Assembly: GCA_043809585.1 (NCBI GenBank)
Contig: JBDROZ010000096.1
Span: forward strand, 1 to 39,367
From: Candidatus Eiseniibacteriota bacterium
Lineage (GTDB): Bacteria; Orphanbacterota; Orphanbacteria; Orphanbacterales; Orphanbacteraceae
Length of the DNA stretch: 39,367 bases
Reading direction: 5' to 3'
The position numbers were made by a program, and so were the translations under genes. Shown one piece after another: positions 28,662 through 39,226 of the stretch (positions within the stretch are counted from its first letter, which is position 1; each line of letters starts with the position of its first letter). The notes under the pieces were generated by a model, which was given only the letters and a program-made list of their open reading frames with translations, searched no databases and was not told where the DNA came from.

Positions 28662-31445
28662 TCAGGCCGTCGCCGATGGTTTGAGCCTGCGAATGATGAG
28701 GAGAGAGATATCATCGGCCTGTTCGCATCCCGAAGAGAATCGGTCCACGGATTCGAGAACCGAGGCGAGAATTCCGGAGGCGGAGACACGGCGGTTCTCC
28801 TCGAGAACCCGGATGAGGCGAGCCTCCTCGAACATTCCGCCCGCGGCATCGACTGCCTCGGTGATGCCGTCGCTGTAAACCGTAAGCAGACTTTCCGTCG
28901 TCATGGGGAGAGTTCCCTCTTCGAAGGAAACTTCGGGCACGATGCCAACCATGATGCCGCCCGCGGAGAGCCGGGCAGGCGGCGTTTCGGAGCCCGCGAA
29001 CACGAGGGGGGGATTGTGCCCTGCGTTGACGTAGCGAAGCTCGGCGGTCCGAAGGTCGAGGATCCCGACGAAGAGAGTGATGAACATCTCCGGGGAAGTG
29101 GATGCATACAGATGTTCGTTCAGCTCGCGCACGAGGTCGGCGAGGCCGGTACCCCTCTGGCGCAATCGGCTCCGGATCAATGTGTGCGCGCTCGACATGA
29201 GCATGGATGGGCCGATGCCTTTGCCGGAGACGTCGCCGAGCGCGAGAGCGATGTGTTCGGCATCGATCGCGAAGAGATCGTAGTAGTCTCCCCCGACCGC
29301 CTTCGCCGGGCGGCAGATCGCCGCGAACTCCCACCCTTTGGCCCGGGGCAGCTCCTTGGGAAAGAGGTTCTGCTGCACTTGGCGCGCGATCGTGAGGTCC
29401 CGGGCTTGCTCTGCTTCCCGCTTCGCGACTTCGATAAGCTCCGCGTTCTCGATCGCGAGCCCCATTTGGGCCGCGACCGTGACGAGAAGCTCCTTGTCCT
29501 CGCGGCTAAATGGTTCTTCGGAGAGCTTCGCGGCGAGGGCCATGCAGCCGAGGAGCCCGCTATGGCTCCGAAGCGCGATGAGGAGCTCGCAAGGGGTGTC
29601 GCCGCCCGCTTCTCTCGCGGCGGTTTCGGCACGGCCGGCGGGGGGGAGGTCGATCCAGGGCTTTCCCTCTTCGAGCGCGCGCAGTCCCGCGACCGCGGTT
29701 TCTTCCAAGCGGTCCCCTCGACCGCTCCCGTCCGTGCCAGTGCTGCCCGCCGGGCCCGAGTTCCCTCCGGCCGTCCGGGTCCACACGCATTGGACCTCTT
29801 CGGGCTTCGATCCCCGCAGATAGAACGCAATCCGGCCCGGATGGAGCGCATCGTAAACCGCGTTCCCCGCGTCTTGGAAGATCTCCTCTCGCTCCCTGAG
29901 CAGGGAGATCCCCTCGCCGAGCGAGAGCAAGATCCGGCGCGCATCGTAGGTCTCGCGAAAGAAGCGTCGGTCGATGCGGCGCATGAGCGGACGGTTCACG
30001 CGGGCTATGGCGCCCATCACCAAGAGGGTCGTCCCCGCCGCGATCCCGGCGACGGCCGGCACCGATGTCCCGATTCGTGACCGCCCCTGCCGGATCGACT
30101 CCATGACGAGGAGAAAGAGGAGGAGCCCCTCGATCAGGCGCACCCCCCGCGAGAGAAAAAGGTGCTGGAGACCTCGGCGCACGATGAACCGGATGCCGAA
30201 GGCGCGGCGCGCGAGCACGGCATAGGCGAACGCTACCGGCAGGCACGCGATGAGCAGCGCAGGGAGAACCACATGGAGGCCGAAGAGAAACAGGCGAAGG
30301 GCCTGTGTCTCCGGCCGGATCAGCTGCCAGAGCAGAACCGTCGGAGGGAAGAGAATCCAGAGCAAGATCATGGCCCAGGCGAGGAAGCCGGTCTCGACGA
30401 CCCGGAGGCGCGCCTCGGGGCTGCCCCGGGTCTCCCTCCGCTGAGCGAGGAGAAGGAGCGCAACCATCCCCAAGGACCAAACGAGAAGGACAAGCGTGAT
30501 CCACGTCTGAGACTGGATCCACTCTACCAGCGCGAGAAGCGTCTTCCAGAATCCGCTCGGCCAGGCTTGGATTTCTTGAATCGCGGCGAGGCAGCTGATC
30601 ACGCCGAGCGAGGCGAGCGGGAGGTAGAAGACCCATCGCCACCTGAAGAACCAGCCGCCCAAGCGCGTGCGATTCGGGAAGTCGGCGAGAACGCGCGGGC
30701 CGAGGGCGAGAAGGAGCGGCTCTCCCGCGGAGGCCGCTAAGTTGTAAACGGTTATGAGCCAGATCGGCCAGAGGATCACCATCTCCCCGGACATGCAAAA
30801 CACCATGCCAATGGAGAGAAGCAGGAGAGAGACGTGGAAGGCGGCGCTGTCGTGAAGGCGGAGCCATCCGATGGGGCTTCCGACGAGGAGGAGAAGAAGC
30901 GCGAGCGCGACCCACGGGCCGAAGGGGAAGAACGCCTGCGCGAAGCCCGTGATCTGCGCTTCCGGCCATTCCCCTTTGAGGAGAGAGATTCCGGACCAGC
31001 TGAAGCCCGCGCGACCGCCTCCCCCGCTCGGCGCGAGCGGCATGATCCCCGTCTGCTCGACCCCGTCCCGTAGCCATGTGAACTCCACGGGGTCTCCGGC
31101 GGATCCGTGAATGAACACGCGGTAGTAGGCCGCGGGGTCGTCCGTGAGCCGCACGCCGTTCACCGCGACGACGAGATCCCCTTGGCGAAGACCGATGAGG
31201 CCGATCAGGTGCTCGGGCCCTACCTCTCCCCACTGCTTCATCCCACCGTCGCGGATGATCCGACCGCGCTCGTCGAAGCTCCCGTAGGTGCTGCTAAGCC
31301 ATGTATCCAACGGGATGAAGCGGGACTTGTTGACGAGCGACCAGAAGGACGCGCCGATCTGGAGCGCCAGGAGCCCGGTGAGAATGCCGACCGCGGCGAG
31401 CCTCAGTGCAAGGATGGGCTTCGGGATCGCGCCCTGATCGGACAC
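28662..31445 (-). CDS. Membrane SpoIIE/PP2C phosphatase (PDZ-TM-GAF-PP2C)
   Basis: GLRQGDLVVAVNG (PDZ), TM helices, VGGDYYD, LGDVSGKG, YVNAGHNPP, YSDGITEA, DDISLL. GGAGGT RBS before GTG 31445. Confidence 0.9.
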   Translation of the reverse strand: MSDQGAIPKPILALRLAAVGILTGLLALQIGASFWSLVNKSRFIPLDTWLSSTYGSFDERGRIIRDGGMKQWGEVGPEHLIGLIGLRQGDLVVAVNGVRLTDDPAAYYRVFIHGSAGDPVEFTWLRDGVEQTGIMPLAPSGGGGRAGFSWSGISLLKGEWPEAQITGFAQAFFPFGPWVALALLLLLVGSPIGWLRLHDSAAFHVSLLLLSIGMVFCMSGEMVILWPIWLITVYNLAASAGEPLLLALGPRVLADFPNRTRLGGWFFRWRWVFYLPLASLGVISCLAAIQEIQAWPSGFWKTLLALVEWIQSQTWITLVLLVWSLGMVALLLLAQRRETRGSPEARLRVVETGFLAWAMILLWILFPPTVLLWQLIRPETQALRLFLFGLHVVLPALLIACLPVAFAYAVLARRAFGIRFIVRRGLQHLFLSRGVRLIEGLLLFLLVMESIRQGRSRIGTSVPAVAGIAAGTTLLVMGAIARVNRPLMRRIDRRFFRETYDARRILLSLGEGISLLREREEIFQDAGNAVYDALHPGRIAFYLRGSKPEEVQCVWTRTAGGNSGPAGSTGTDGSGRGDRLEETAVAGLRALEEGKPWIDLPPAGRAETAAREAGGDTPCELLIALRSHSGLLGCMALAAKLSEEPFSREDKELLVTVAAQMGLAIENAELIEVAKREAEQARDLTIARQVQQNLFPKELPRAKGWEFAAICRPAKAVGGDYYDLFAIDAEHIALALGDVSGKGIGPSMLMSSAHTLIRSRLRQRGTGLADLVRELNEHLYASTSPEMFITLFVGILDLRTAELRYVNAGHNPPLVFAGSETPPARLSAGGIMVGIVPEVSFEEGTLPMTTESLLTVYSDGITEAVDAAGGMFEEARLIRVLEENRRVSASGILASVLESVDRFSSGCEQADDISLLIIRRLKPSATA

Positions 31446-31559
31446 GAGATTACCTCCGCGCGGGGAGCCCAAGAGTGCGCCAGAGATCTGTGGCGAATCC
31501 TGTACCGAATAGTATCCCGGCTCTTCGTCTATGTCTACCGCAGGTTCGGCGGACCTCGA

Positions 31560-31926
31560 ATCCTCCGTGCCCAGCCCCACAGCGGTCTCGGCTCGAGCCC
31601 AAGAAACTTGGTGAACCTTCTGCGAAAGCCCTCGGCTCTTCCTTGCCGCCCAGAACCTATCAGGTAGAGTGTCCCCAATCGGGTCCGTATGGCCCCCCCA
31701 GAAACCGAACGATCCCCGGCCATTGCCGGTGCAACGGATGGGTTGCGTTGCACTCCCAGAATCGATAGGTGTCTTTCGATACCCCGAGTTGCTCCCCAAC
31801 CTCTCTCTGGAGCAGTCCGAGGTCCGATCTCCGCTTTCGGAGATGGTCCCCCAAGGTCTTGAGATCCCTAGGATAAGCCGGATCAAGGGGTTTGGCGGCC
31901 TTGAGCCGCAAACCGGCAGAAGGCAA
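31560..31926 (-). pseudogene. Frameshifted double XRE-HTH abutting comM-3' copy 4
   Basis: LRLKAAKPLDPAYPRDLKTLGDHLRKRR...; the second domain PIGDTLPDRFWAARKSRGLSQ lies in another frame. Confidence 0.85.
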
Positions 31927-31934
31927 CGCAACGG

Positions 31935-32302
31935 TGTCCCTGCGGCTACCATGGTGAAGAACGATGTACTTGCTCCACGACCCAGGTCGCCCGCTACGTC
32001 GGTCGCGTCTCGGGACCCTTGATGGACCGGATCGACATCCACGTCGAGGTGCCGCGCGTTCCTTATAAGGACCTCGCGAAGATCGAGCCGGGGGAAGGGT
32101 CGGAGCCGGTGAAGGAGCGGGTGATGCAGGCGAGGGATATTCAAGTGGATCGCTTCGCGAAGTACCCGGAGATCTTCACGAACGCGAGGATGGACTCGCG
32201 GGAGATCAGGAGGTTCGCGGCGCCCGACGACGACTGCCGTTTGCTTCTTCGCGCCGCCATCGAGAAGCTTGGCCTCTCGGCCCGCGCCCACGACCGGATC
32301 CT
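31935..32302 (+). pseudogene. comM: comM 3' fragment, copy 4, truncated by a MITE-like element
   Basis: CPCGYHGEERCTCS...SARAHDRIL, after which homology stops abruptly. Confidence 0.93.
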
Positions 32303-32518
32303 AACCTTGATTTTTCAAAGAACTCACACGTCTTGGGCCAGGTCGGGAGCCAGGGGGTAAGGCTTAAGCGGCGAGTTCCGCAGCCCGCCGGCCTCACCCC
32401 ATGTGGCGGGACGCCTGGATCCCTGGGCCGGCGCGCGAGGACTGTTTGAGCAAGCCAGCCCTGGCCCCCTGGCTCCCGCCCGACAAATGAAAGGCACCGT
32501 TTCTGAAAGATCAAGGCT
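32303..32518. mobile_element. MITE-like element, about 216 bp
   Basis: TIR aaccttgatttttca / tgaaagatcaaggct; nested perfect 14-bp IR at 32344-32357 / 32465-32478. Confidence 0.7.
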
Positions 32519-32561
32519 GGTTATCCTCAAGTTATCAGTTATCCAACTGCCACGGGTGTGA

Positions 32562-34400
32562 TTATAGCCCGTAGATGAGCGGCAGCATCCAGGAGAGCGT
32601 CAGCCACATGATCAAGACCAGCGGCACCCCGATTCGCAGGAAATCGTTGAAGGTGTAATTCCCCGCGTTCATGATGAGTAGGTTGGTCTTGTAGGCCATG
32701 GGGGTGGCATAGCTCATGTTGGCGCCGAAGAGTACTGCCAGAACAAAGGGCTCCGGCGATTGCCCCATTTGCGCGGCGATGGAAATGGCGATGGGGGTGC
32801 CGATCACCGCGGCCGCGTTGTTGGAGACGATATTGGTGAGGATCGCCATCAAGAGCATCAACCCGCTGATCATGAAGGCGGGCGACGCATCTCCCGAGAC
32901 GGCCAGAAACAGCTGCGCCAGGTAATCGGCGCCGCCCGTCTTCAGCAAGGCCACCCCGAGGGCCAGGCTCGCCGCCACGATCAGGATGATCTGGGCACTG
33001 AGCGCGCCTGTCGCATCCCGCCATCCCAGGCAGCCGGTGAAGATCATCAGGAGCGCCCCGCAGGGGGCGCTGATCGCAATCGGCAGGATCCCGAAACCGG
33101 CCGTCACGATGATACCCAGCATGATGAACAGGGCCAAAGGCGCCCTGCGGGTGGCGGGCAGATCCGTCGTGGCATCGAGAATGAGGAAATCTTTCTCTTT
33201 CTTGAGACCGGCAATCTGTTCGGCCGGTCCCTGGACCAGAAGGATATCTCCCGCCCCCAGACGGATATCGCCAACGTGCTCGTGCAGCTTCGTCAAATGC
33301 TTTCCCGCCTGGTGGAGGGCCATGATAATCAGCCCGTACCGCTCGGAAAACCTCACGCCCCTGAGCGTCCTTCCCTGCAGAAGAGACCCCTCCACGACGA
33401 CTACCTCTGCGATTTGCTGGTTATCTGCCTTCAAGGGATGGTCATCATCAACGGGCATGTTCTCGGAATCGGCGGTATAGAGCTTTCCCGCGAGGACCTT
33501 CTCATACTCCTTGAGGCGCTCGGGTGTATCCCGAATGACGAGATGATCTCCGGCTTTCAGCACTACCGTGGGAAGGGGCATCATGAAGTTCTCTGGCCCG
33601 CGCTCGATGCTCATGACCTTCATGGCGCCATCGGTCTGTTTCAGCGCTTCCGCGAGCGTCTTGCCTTCCACGGGGCACCCTTCAGGGATGGCCAGGTGGG
33701 CGGCGAATATTCTCGGTGAGGTGTCGGCCAGCGGTTGTTCCCTTTCTTTGGTCATCCGCGGCGCCAGGAGCCACAGATAGACAATGCCCACACCGCCCGC
33801 GATCACGGCCGGCAACACGAAATCGAACATCTCCATTCGTCGCATCCCCATGGCCGCTGCCACGGAAACGACCAGCAGATTGGTGGAGGTGCCGATGGTC
33901 GTACCCGCCCCCCCCAGGAGGGTGGCGAATCCCATGGGCATCAGGACGGCAGAGGCACGGGTCCCGGTTCGGAGGGAGACACTGATCAAGATCGGAAGAA
34001 ACAAGACGACCACGGGAACGTTGTTGATGAAGGCGCTGATCATGGCACTGACGAGCAGTGTCACGAGGAGCGAAAAGGCGGGCGTGACCCTCCACAGTCG
34101 GGCCATTACCCTCCCCACCGGTTCGAGGGCCCCCGTGCGCACGATGCCCTGCCCGGCGATCATCAGGGCACAGACGGCGACCAGCGCCTCGTGTCCGAAG
34201 CCGAGGAAAAAGTCCACAGCGTGAAAGACACCACCTTCCTCCCGGAAGGGGAAGAGCTCGAAACCCACCGCCAGGCTGAGGAGCACGAGGAAACTCGTGG
34301 ATTCGAGGGGAATTCTTTCCCGGGTGAACAAGATCAGGGCCAGCACCGTGAGGAGCATGACGGCCAGGGCATGAACATTGGGAATCGGCGGCAGGATCAT
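32562..34400 (-). CDS. SLC13/CitMHS-type permease with TrkA-C domains
   Basis: SAFINNVPVV, TTIGTSTNL, two RCK-C domains, LTNIVSNNAAA, FGANMSYATPMAYKTN. Confidence 0.92.
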   Translation of the reverse strand: MILPPIPNVHALAVMLLTVLALILFTRERIPLESTSFLVLLSLAVGFELFPFREEGGVFHAVDFFLGFGHEALVAVCALMIAGQGIVRTGALEPVGRVMARLWRVTPAFSLLVTLLVSAMISAFINNVPVVVLFLPILISVSLRTGTRASAVLMPMGFATLLGGAGTTIGTSTNLLVVSVAAAMGMRRMEMFDFVLPAVIAGGVGIVYLWLLAPRMTKEREQPLADTSPRIFAAHLAIPEGCPVEGKTLAEALKQTDGAMKVMSIERGPENFMMPLPTVVLKAGDHLVIRDTPERLKEYEKVLAGKLYTADSENMPVDDDHPLKADNQQIAEVVVVEGSLLQGRTLRGVRFSERYGLIIMALHQAGKHLTKLHEHVGDIRLGAGDILLVQGPAEQIAGLKKEKDFLILDATTDLPATRRAPLALFIMLGIIVTAGFGILPIAISAPCGALLMIFTGCLGWRDATGALSAQIILIVAASLALGVALLKTGGADYLAQLFLAVSGDASPAFMISGLMLLMAILTNIVSNNAAAVIGTPIAISIAAQMGQSPEPFVLAVLFGANMSYATPMAYKTNLLIMNAGNYTFNDFLRIGVPLVLIMWLTLSWMLPLIYGL

Positions 34401-35093
34401 TTCGGCTGACTCCGTTTGTCGTCGTGAAGATGTCTTTCCCTGCGGTGAGAATACAGAAAGCAAACAGGAGCGGGCCAAAGGGAAGATGAAGGCGCCCTTC
34501 CGATGATCCCACCTTCCTTCGCCGGGCGAATCATATCATGAAGATCGTCTTTTCGCGTAAACTGAAATCATCGCCAAACGCTGCCCGATGATCAGGACAT
34601 CGGTCCGATCTCTTCGTGGGGGCGGAGGAAGGGAGGGTCGGGGGGCGCCGCCCCGCGATCTGATGTGCCGGCTTCCTCCCCGTCTTCAGGGGAAGGAGCC
34701 GTGGCGCCGCTCGTCGGGTACGAGGCCGGGGCATCTCTGCGGGAGTTTCCGGTCATGGTCGATCGGGATTGCTGCGAGAACCCGTGGAGGACGTTGGCTG
34801 GACGGGAACGAACAGCCGATGTTCCGGGTCTCCGGTCGGCCCGGTTCAGATACCGGCGGATCGGCACCATCTTCCCGGTGGCCGAGAACTCATCCGCCTC
34901 TAGGGGGGCGAAATGAATTCCGGCCGCGACCTCCCGCCCGTTCTCGATCCGGACGGGGATTCCTGCGGGAAGAGACCGCCGGAATCCGGAGTTTGCAGGT
35001 CCGGCACGGACCTACGTCCCCGATCCCGTACAATGCTATATTCAGGGAAATGGTGCCGCGCCCCGTCACTGTATGGTGCCCGGAGGACCCGAT

Positions 35094-36701
35094 ATGAGGC
35101 TGGGAAGAATGGCGCGCTGGATCCTGCTCGCCTCGGTCATGGCGGCCCTTTCCGCCGTCGTCCTCGGCGACCTCGAACACCAGGACTGGGCCTACGACGA
35201 CGAGGACTACATCAGGAGCGCGCGGCACGCAGGCGCCGACTTCCTCTACCTCTTGAACCCCCACAAGGAGGGGCTGGAGTTCGATTACAACGCGGCACGA
35301 CCGACGGTTCATCTCTATTTCTGGTTGCTCTATCCCCTCCTGGGCGAGAACCCGGGAGCGTATCATCTCGCCAACGTCGTGGTTCACACCCTGAATGCTC
35401 TGCTCCTCTCGATCCTCGTGTTCGCCTGGTGCGATCGCTTCCGACTCGCCGGAATGACCGGTCTCCTCTTCCTCATGAATCTCAGCTATTTCCGGGCGGT
35501 ATACTGGATCGCCGGCATCGGGATTCTGCTCGGGACTCTTCTCGGCTTCGGCTCGGTCCTTGCCATGATGGCTTACCTCAGGACCCGGCGGCCCGTCTAC
35601 TGGACCCTCTCGTTCTTCCTCTTTCTGTTCGCGCCGTTCGCCCATGAGTCGGCGATCGTCTTCATCGGTCTGCTGGCCATCCTGTGCGCGAGGAGCGAGG
35701 GAACACGGAGAGGACTGAGACTGATCGCTCCTCACGCCGCGATCATCCTGGTGACGTGGGCGGTCAGCGAGTTTGTCTACAATACGCCGCTCTCGAGGGA
35801 GAGCGACTACCGGATCGGTCTCCACATGGCACGCAACCTTCCAGGCATGGTCTTCAATCTCTTCTTTCATTTCTTCGCGGGAGAGTACTACGACGCAGAG
35901 TGGTATCCCGTCCCGGTGGCGGGAAGAATCGTCGCAGGCATGGCCCTCCTTACCGGCCTTCTCCTCATCGTCCGACGGGTCCGCCCCCTCGCGCCCGTCG
36001 TCGTCTGGCTCACTTTCGTCCTTCTTCCCTTTCTTCCTTTCGTGGATGCGACATTCGCCTGGAGATACCACTATCTCCCGGCCGCCGCGGCATCCCTTCT
36101 CACGGCCGCGGGCGTCCTATGGGTCGGTGGCAGGGCCGCGCGAAAACTTCGATTTCACGCCGGACGATCGGTTCTTCCCCTCGTTCTCACGGCCGGCCTG
36201 GTCGGGGTCGCATGGCCCCAGGTAGGGCTCCTCATGGCGATCCAGCACTCCTTCTCCGGGCTCTACCTGTCGAGGAACGGCAGTCACGAGCGGGCCCTCG
36301 CCCAGTACGAGTGGGCCGACGCCAAGGGGGGGGGGCATCCCGCCGCCTATCACTGGCAGTACAACAAGGCCCTCACTCTGCTCACCCTCGATCGGGTCGA
36401 GGATGGTTACCGGATTCTCCTTAGGATCGTGGCGCGCTATCCCTTGTACGAGAGGGGAAGGACCGTCCTGCTACAGGCTTTCGCAAGACGCGAGGGGCTC
36501 GAGGCGCCCCGCACAGCCTCGGACGGCTCGCTCCTCCTTCCGAAGTGGATCGTGGACCGCATGAAGGAAGAGGCCCTCGCGGCAGCCCGGGCCGGGCGGC
36601 GGGAGGAGGCAGAGGCTCTTACCACGGTCTACCTCCACTTTTTCGTTCCGGACCGTGAGAGGGAAGAGATCCTCCGGGAGTCGCGTGGAGGCACTATCTG
36701 A
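35094..36701 (+). CDS. GT-C-like multi-pass membrane protein with TPR-like tail
   Basis: YDDEDYI, ARPT, YHLANVVVHTLNALLL, HESAI, WRYHYLP. GGAGG RBS. Confidence 0.75.
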   Translation: MRLGRMARWILLASVMAALSAVVLGDLEHQDWAYDDEDYIRSARHAGADFLYLLNPHKEGLEFDYNAARPTVHLYFWLLYPLLGENPGAYHLANVVVHTLNALLLSILVFAWCDRFRLAGMTGLLFLMNLSYFRAVYWIAGIGILLGTLLGFGSVLAMMAYLRTRRPVYWTLSFFLFLFAPFAHESAIVFIGLLAILCARSEGTRRGLRLIAPHAAIILVTWAVSEFVYNTPLSRESDYRIGLHMARNLPGMVFNLFFHFFAGEYYDAEWYPVPVAGRIVAGMALLTGLLLIVRRVRPLAPVVVWLTFVLLPFLPFVDATFAWRYHYLPAAAASLLTAAGVLWVGGRAARKLRFHAGRSVLPLVLTAGLVGVAWPQVGLLMAIQHSFSGLYLSRNGSHERALAQYEWADAKGGGHPAAYHWQYNKALTLLTLDRVEDGYRILLRIVARYPLYERGRTVLLQAFARREGLEAPRTASDGSLLLPKWIVDRMKEEALAAARAGRREEAEALTTVYLHFFVPDREREEILRESRGGTI

Positions 36702-36786
36702 CCGGATACCCGAATCCCCATGGCGTGCATCTGCGCCGCAACTTCGCATGTCGAGTTCCGGTAGTTCGGAACGTCCCCTACCCCGC

Positions 36787-36828
36787 GCACTCTCACGCGT
36801 CGGCTCTCGAGATTCTGTGAAAGATCAA
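36787..36828. repeat. Diverged end of the MITE-like family
   Basis: gcactctcacgcgt...tctcgagatt.t.tgaaagatcaa matches 95-136. Confidence 0.65.
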
Positions 36829-36830
36829 AA

Positions 36831-37943
36831 TCAAAAATACATCGACGACTGGGCCTTGATGGAGTACTCCGTGTCCTCCCCCACCGCCTCGGGCAGAAAG
36901 ATGTCCACGTTCAGGGCGATCTTGTTTCGGCCGCTGAAGAAAACCTGAAGCCCCGGCGTGATCTGGTAGCCGCCGTCGTCGGCCACGTCGTCGTTCGGGT
37001 CGGCGTAGCCTACGCGCACGAGCGGCTCCACGGCTTCGACGTACAAGTTTGGACGGGCACGAAACTTGTAGGCGCCGATGACTTGAGCCGCCGCGAAGCT
37101 CGGCGCCGACGATGCGTCCGCGACACGGGCATCCCAGTTCTCGCCGAGAACGACGCCTACCTGCGCGTGCGGACCGGCCTCGAAGTTCCCGATCTCGAGG
37201 TCGGCCTGCACCGCAGGGGCGTGCTCGACGGCGGGGTTGTCGTCGCCGGCGATCGTCGCTGCCCGGACCTCGTAGGGACGGAGGGAACCGGCGACGGCGA
37301 GCGTGATGTCACGCTCATCGATAGGCGAGACCGTCAGCCGAGCCGTGTACTGTTTCTCGCCGATCGCGCCGTCCGTCCTACCGGGCACTTTGCCCGCGCC
37401 TGTCCCGTTCGTGACGGCGCCGGTGAGCGAGAACCTTCCGTCCTCGTCCGCCACCGCGATCTCGACGCCGATGTCACGGTCGGAGAAGCCGAGCTTCTCC
37501 GTGAGCGACGAGTGCGATCGGAGCCTGGAGACGCCGCGAATCTTGAGCGCCCGCTCCACGACCAGCATCTCCGTCGACGAAGTCAGCTCGAAGACATCGA
37601 AGGGCCGCTTGAACTGCCCGATCCGGAACGCGAGGTTCGGGCCGTAGGTGAGCTTCATGTACGCGTCCTTCAAGGAGAGTTCCCCCTCGCCGTAGTCGGG
37701 CTGCACCTTGCCGCTCACGAAGTCGTTGATCTTCACCTCGGCCGTGAGGCGGGCGCGCCGAATCAGGAACTCGGAGCCGAGCTCGCCGTCGACGGAGGAC
37801 GTGTTGAACTGCGTGTGCACGCTCCCGGTGATCTTGATCTTGGCCGCTTTCGACGCGATCTCGACAGCCGACGCCCCGGACGATCCGAAACACCAAGCGG
37901 CCAGCATGAAACAAACAGCGGATCTTCCCGACTCTTGGCCCAC
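36831..37943 (-). CDS. OprO/OprP-like porin
   Basis: FLIRRARL, LKDAY, IGQFKRPF, DRDIG, terminal Phe; start uncertain. Confidence 0.85.
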   Translation of the reverse strand: MGQESGRSAVCFMLAAWCFGSSGASAVEIASKAAKIKITGSVHTQFNTSSVDGELGSEFLIRRARLTAEVKINDFVSGKVQPDYGEGELSLKDAYMKLTYGPNLAFRIGQFKRPFDVFELTSSTEMLVVERALKIRGVSRLRSHSSLTEKLGFSDRDIGVEIAVADEDGRFSLTGAVTNGTGAGKVPGRTDGAIGEKQYTARLTVSPIDERDITLAVAGSLRPYEVRAATIAGDDNPAVEHAPAVQADLEIGNFEAGPHAQVGVVLGENWDARVADASSAPSFAAAQVIGAYKFRARPNLYVEAVEPLVRVGYADPNDDVADDGGYQITPGLQVFFSGRNKIALNVDIFLPEAVGEDTEYSIKAQSSMYF

Positions 37944-38425
37944 CGTCGCTCCCTTCTTTGTCGTGGGAACCTGCGTCTTTTCGTTCTTCCAGTCATCGCC
38001 CATAGGGCGAAGGACGGTTTCATTCACCATGAGAATCAAGTCCTCTCCTCGTGTGTCTCCCGAGATAGAGGATTGTATCCCGGCTCTTCGTGCAGGTCCA
38101 TAAGGACAGGGCGGTGTGGCCCGCTCCGGGGAGGATCGGGGGCATGGACACAGCCAAACGGCGCTGGGGGACAGGGCCGGAAGCGTTCAAGGGGGGTTTT
38201 CATGGGGTGACGCGCCCATCCCGCCCCGAGAATACGCGCTCGCCAAGGCGGTGCCGTGTTATTGTTTTCCGCGAGGCTCCTTAGCCGGGACGGGTCGGGA
38301 CCGTGGCCGGATACGAACCGTGTGGAGGTAGCGTTCGGGGGCGGCCGAAGCGGCGAGAGGCTCGCGAACGTCGTACGGAGCGTTGGAACGATCTGCCCCG
38401 CTTTCTCATGAGGAGGGGAAGAACT

Positions 38426-39226
38426 GTGAAGAGAGAGAATGGCCCGCGGCGAATTCCGCGGCCTTTGTGGGTCGCCTTCTGGGTGCTCATCGCCGTGCTC
38501 ATCGGTTGCGCGACGGTCCCGGTCACGGGCCGCCAGAGCTTCAATCTGATTCCGGAGAGCCAGGAGGTTGCCCTCGGACTGGACAGCTACCGGCAGGTTC
38601 TTTCCGAATCGGAGGTCGTGGAGTCGGGACCGGAGCTAGCGCTTGTCCGGAGTGTCGGCGCGAGAATCGCCGCCGCCTCCGACCGCCCCGATTACGATTG
38701 GGAGTTCAACCTGATCAAGGAAGACAAGACGGTCAACGCGTTCTGCCTTCCGGGCGGAAAGGTCGCCGTCTACACCGGGATCCTGCCCGTGGCGCTGAAC
38801 GAAGCGGGACTGGCGACCGTCGTGGCCCACGAAATCGCCCACGCGATCGCCCGGCACGGCGGCGAGCGAATGACCGACGAGCTCGCCTTCCAGGTCGGTG
38901 GGATGGGGCTCGAAGCGCTCCTGGGCCAGAAGAGCCAGGCGACGCGCAACGTGGTCATGGCGGCCTACGGGATCGGCGGGCAGATCGGCGTCCTCCTCCC
39001 CTTCAGCCGTTCGGCGGAGAGCGAAGCGGATCACATCGGACTCGTCTACATGGCCAAGGCGGGCTATGACCCGAGAGAGGCGGTTCACTTCTGGGAGCGG
39101 ATGCAGGAGCAAGCGGGCGGGGCTCCTCCCGAATGGCTCAGCACCCATCCGAGCCAGGGATCCCGGGCCAAGCAGCTCCAAGAGTGGATGCCGGAGGCGC
39201 TCGGCTACTACAAGCCGACTCGTTAG
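38426..39226 (+). CDS. M48-family zinc metallopeptidase lipoprotein
   Basis: IGC-ATVPVTGR lipobox, NAFCLPGGK, HEIAH, FSRSAESEAD, LSTHP. Confidence 0.93.
   Translation: MKRENGPRRIPRPLWVAFWVLIAVLIGCATVPVTGRQSFNLIPESQEVALGLDSYRQVLSESEVVESGPELALVRSVGARIAAASDRPDYDWEFNLIKEDKTVNAFCLPGGKVAVYTGILPVALNEAGLATVVAHEIAHAIARHGGERMTDELAFQVGGMGLEALLGQKSQATRNVVMAAYGIGGQIGVLLPFSRSAESEADHIGLVYMAKAGYDPREAVHFWERMQEQAGGAPPEWLSTHPSQGSRAKQLQEWMPEALGYYKPTR

Larger units (their letters stand above)
27102..31934. mobile_element. comM-integrated unit 3 (Y1 element, M16 fragment, SpoIIE phosphatase, HTH)
   Basis: Lies between comM-3' copies 3 and 4 and ends in the HTH plus the conserved junction. Confidence 0.7.

Noticed and set aside
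31446-32291. N-terminal extension making a 1209-aa phosphatase
   Set aside because: It is antisense comM plus HTH pseudogene frames; a good RBS and GTG lie at 31445.
34480-35070. Possible riboswitch or ORFs upstream of the permease
   Set aside because: No convincing consensus or coding signal by eye; an Rfam scan would be needed.
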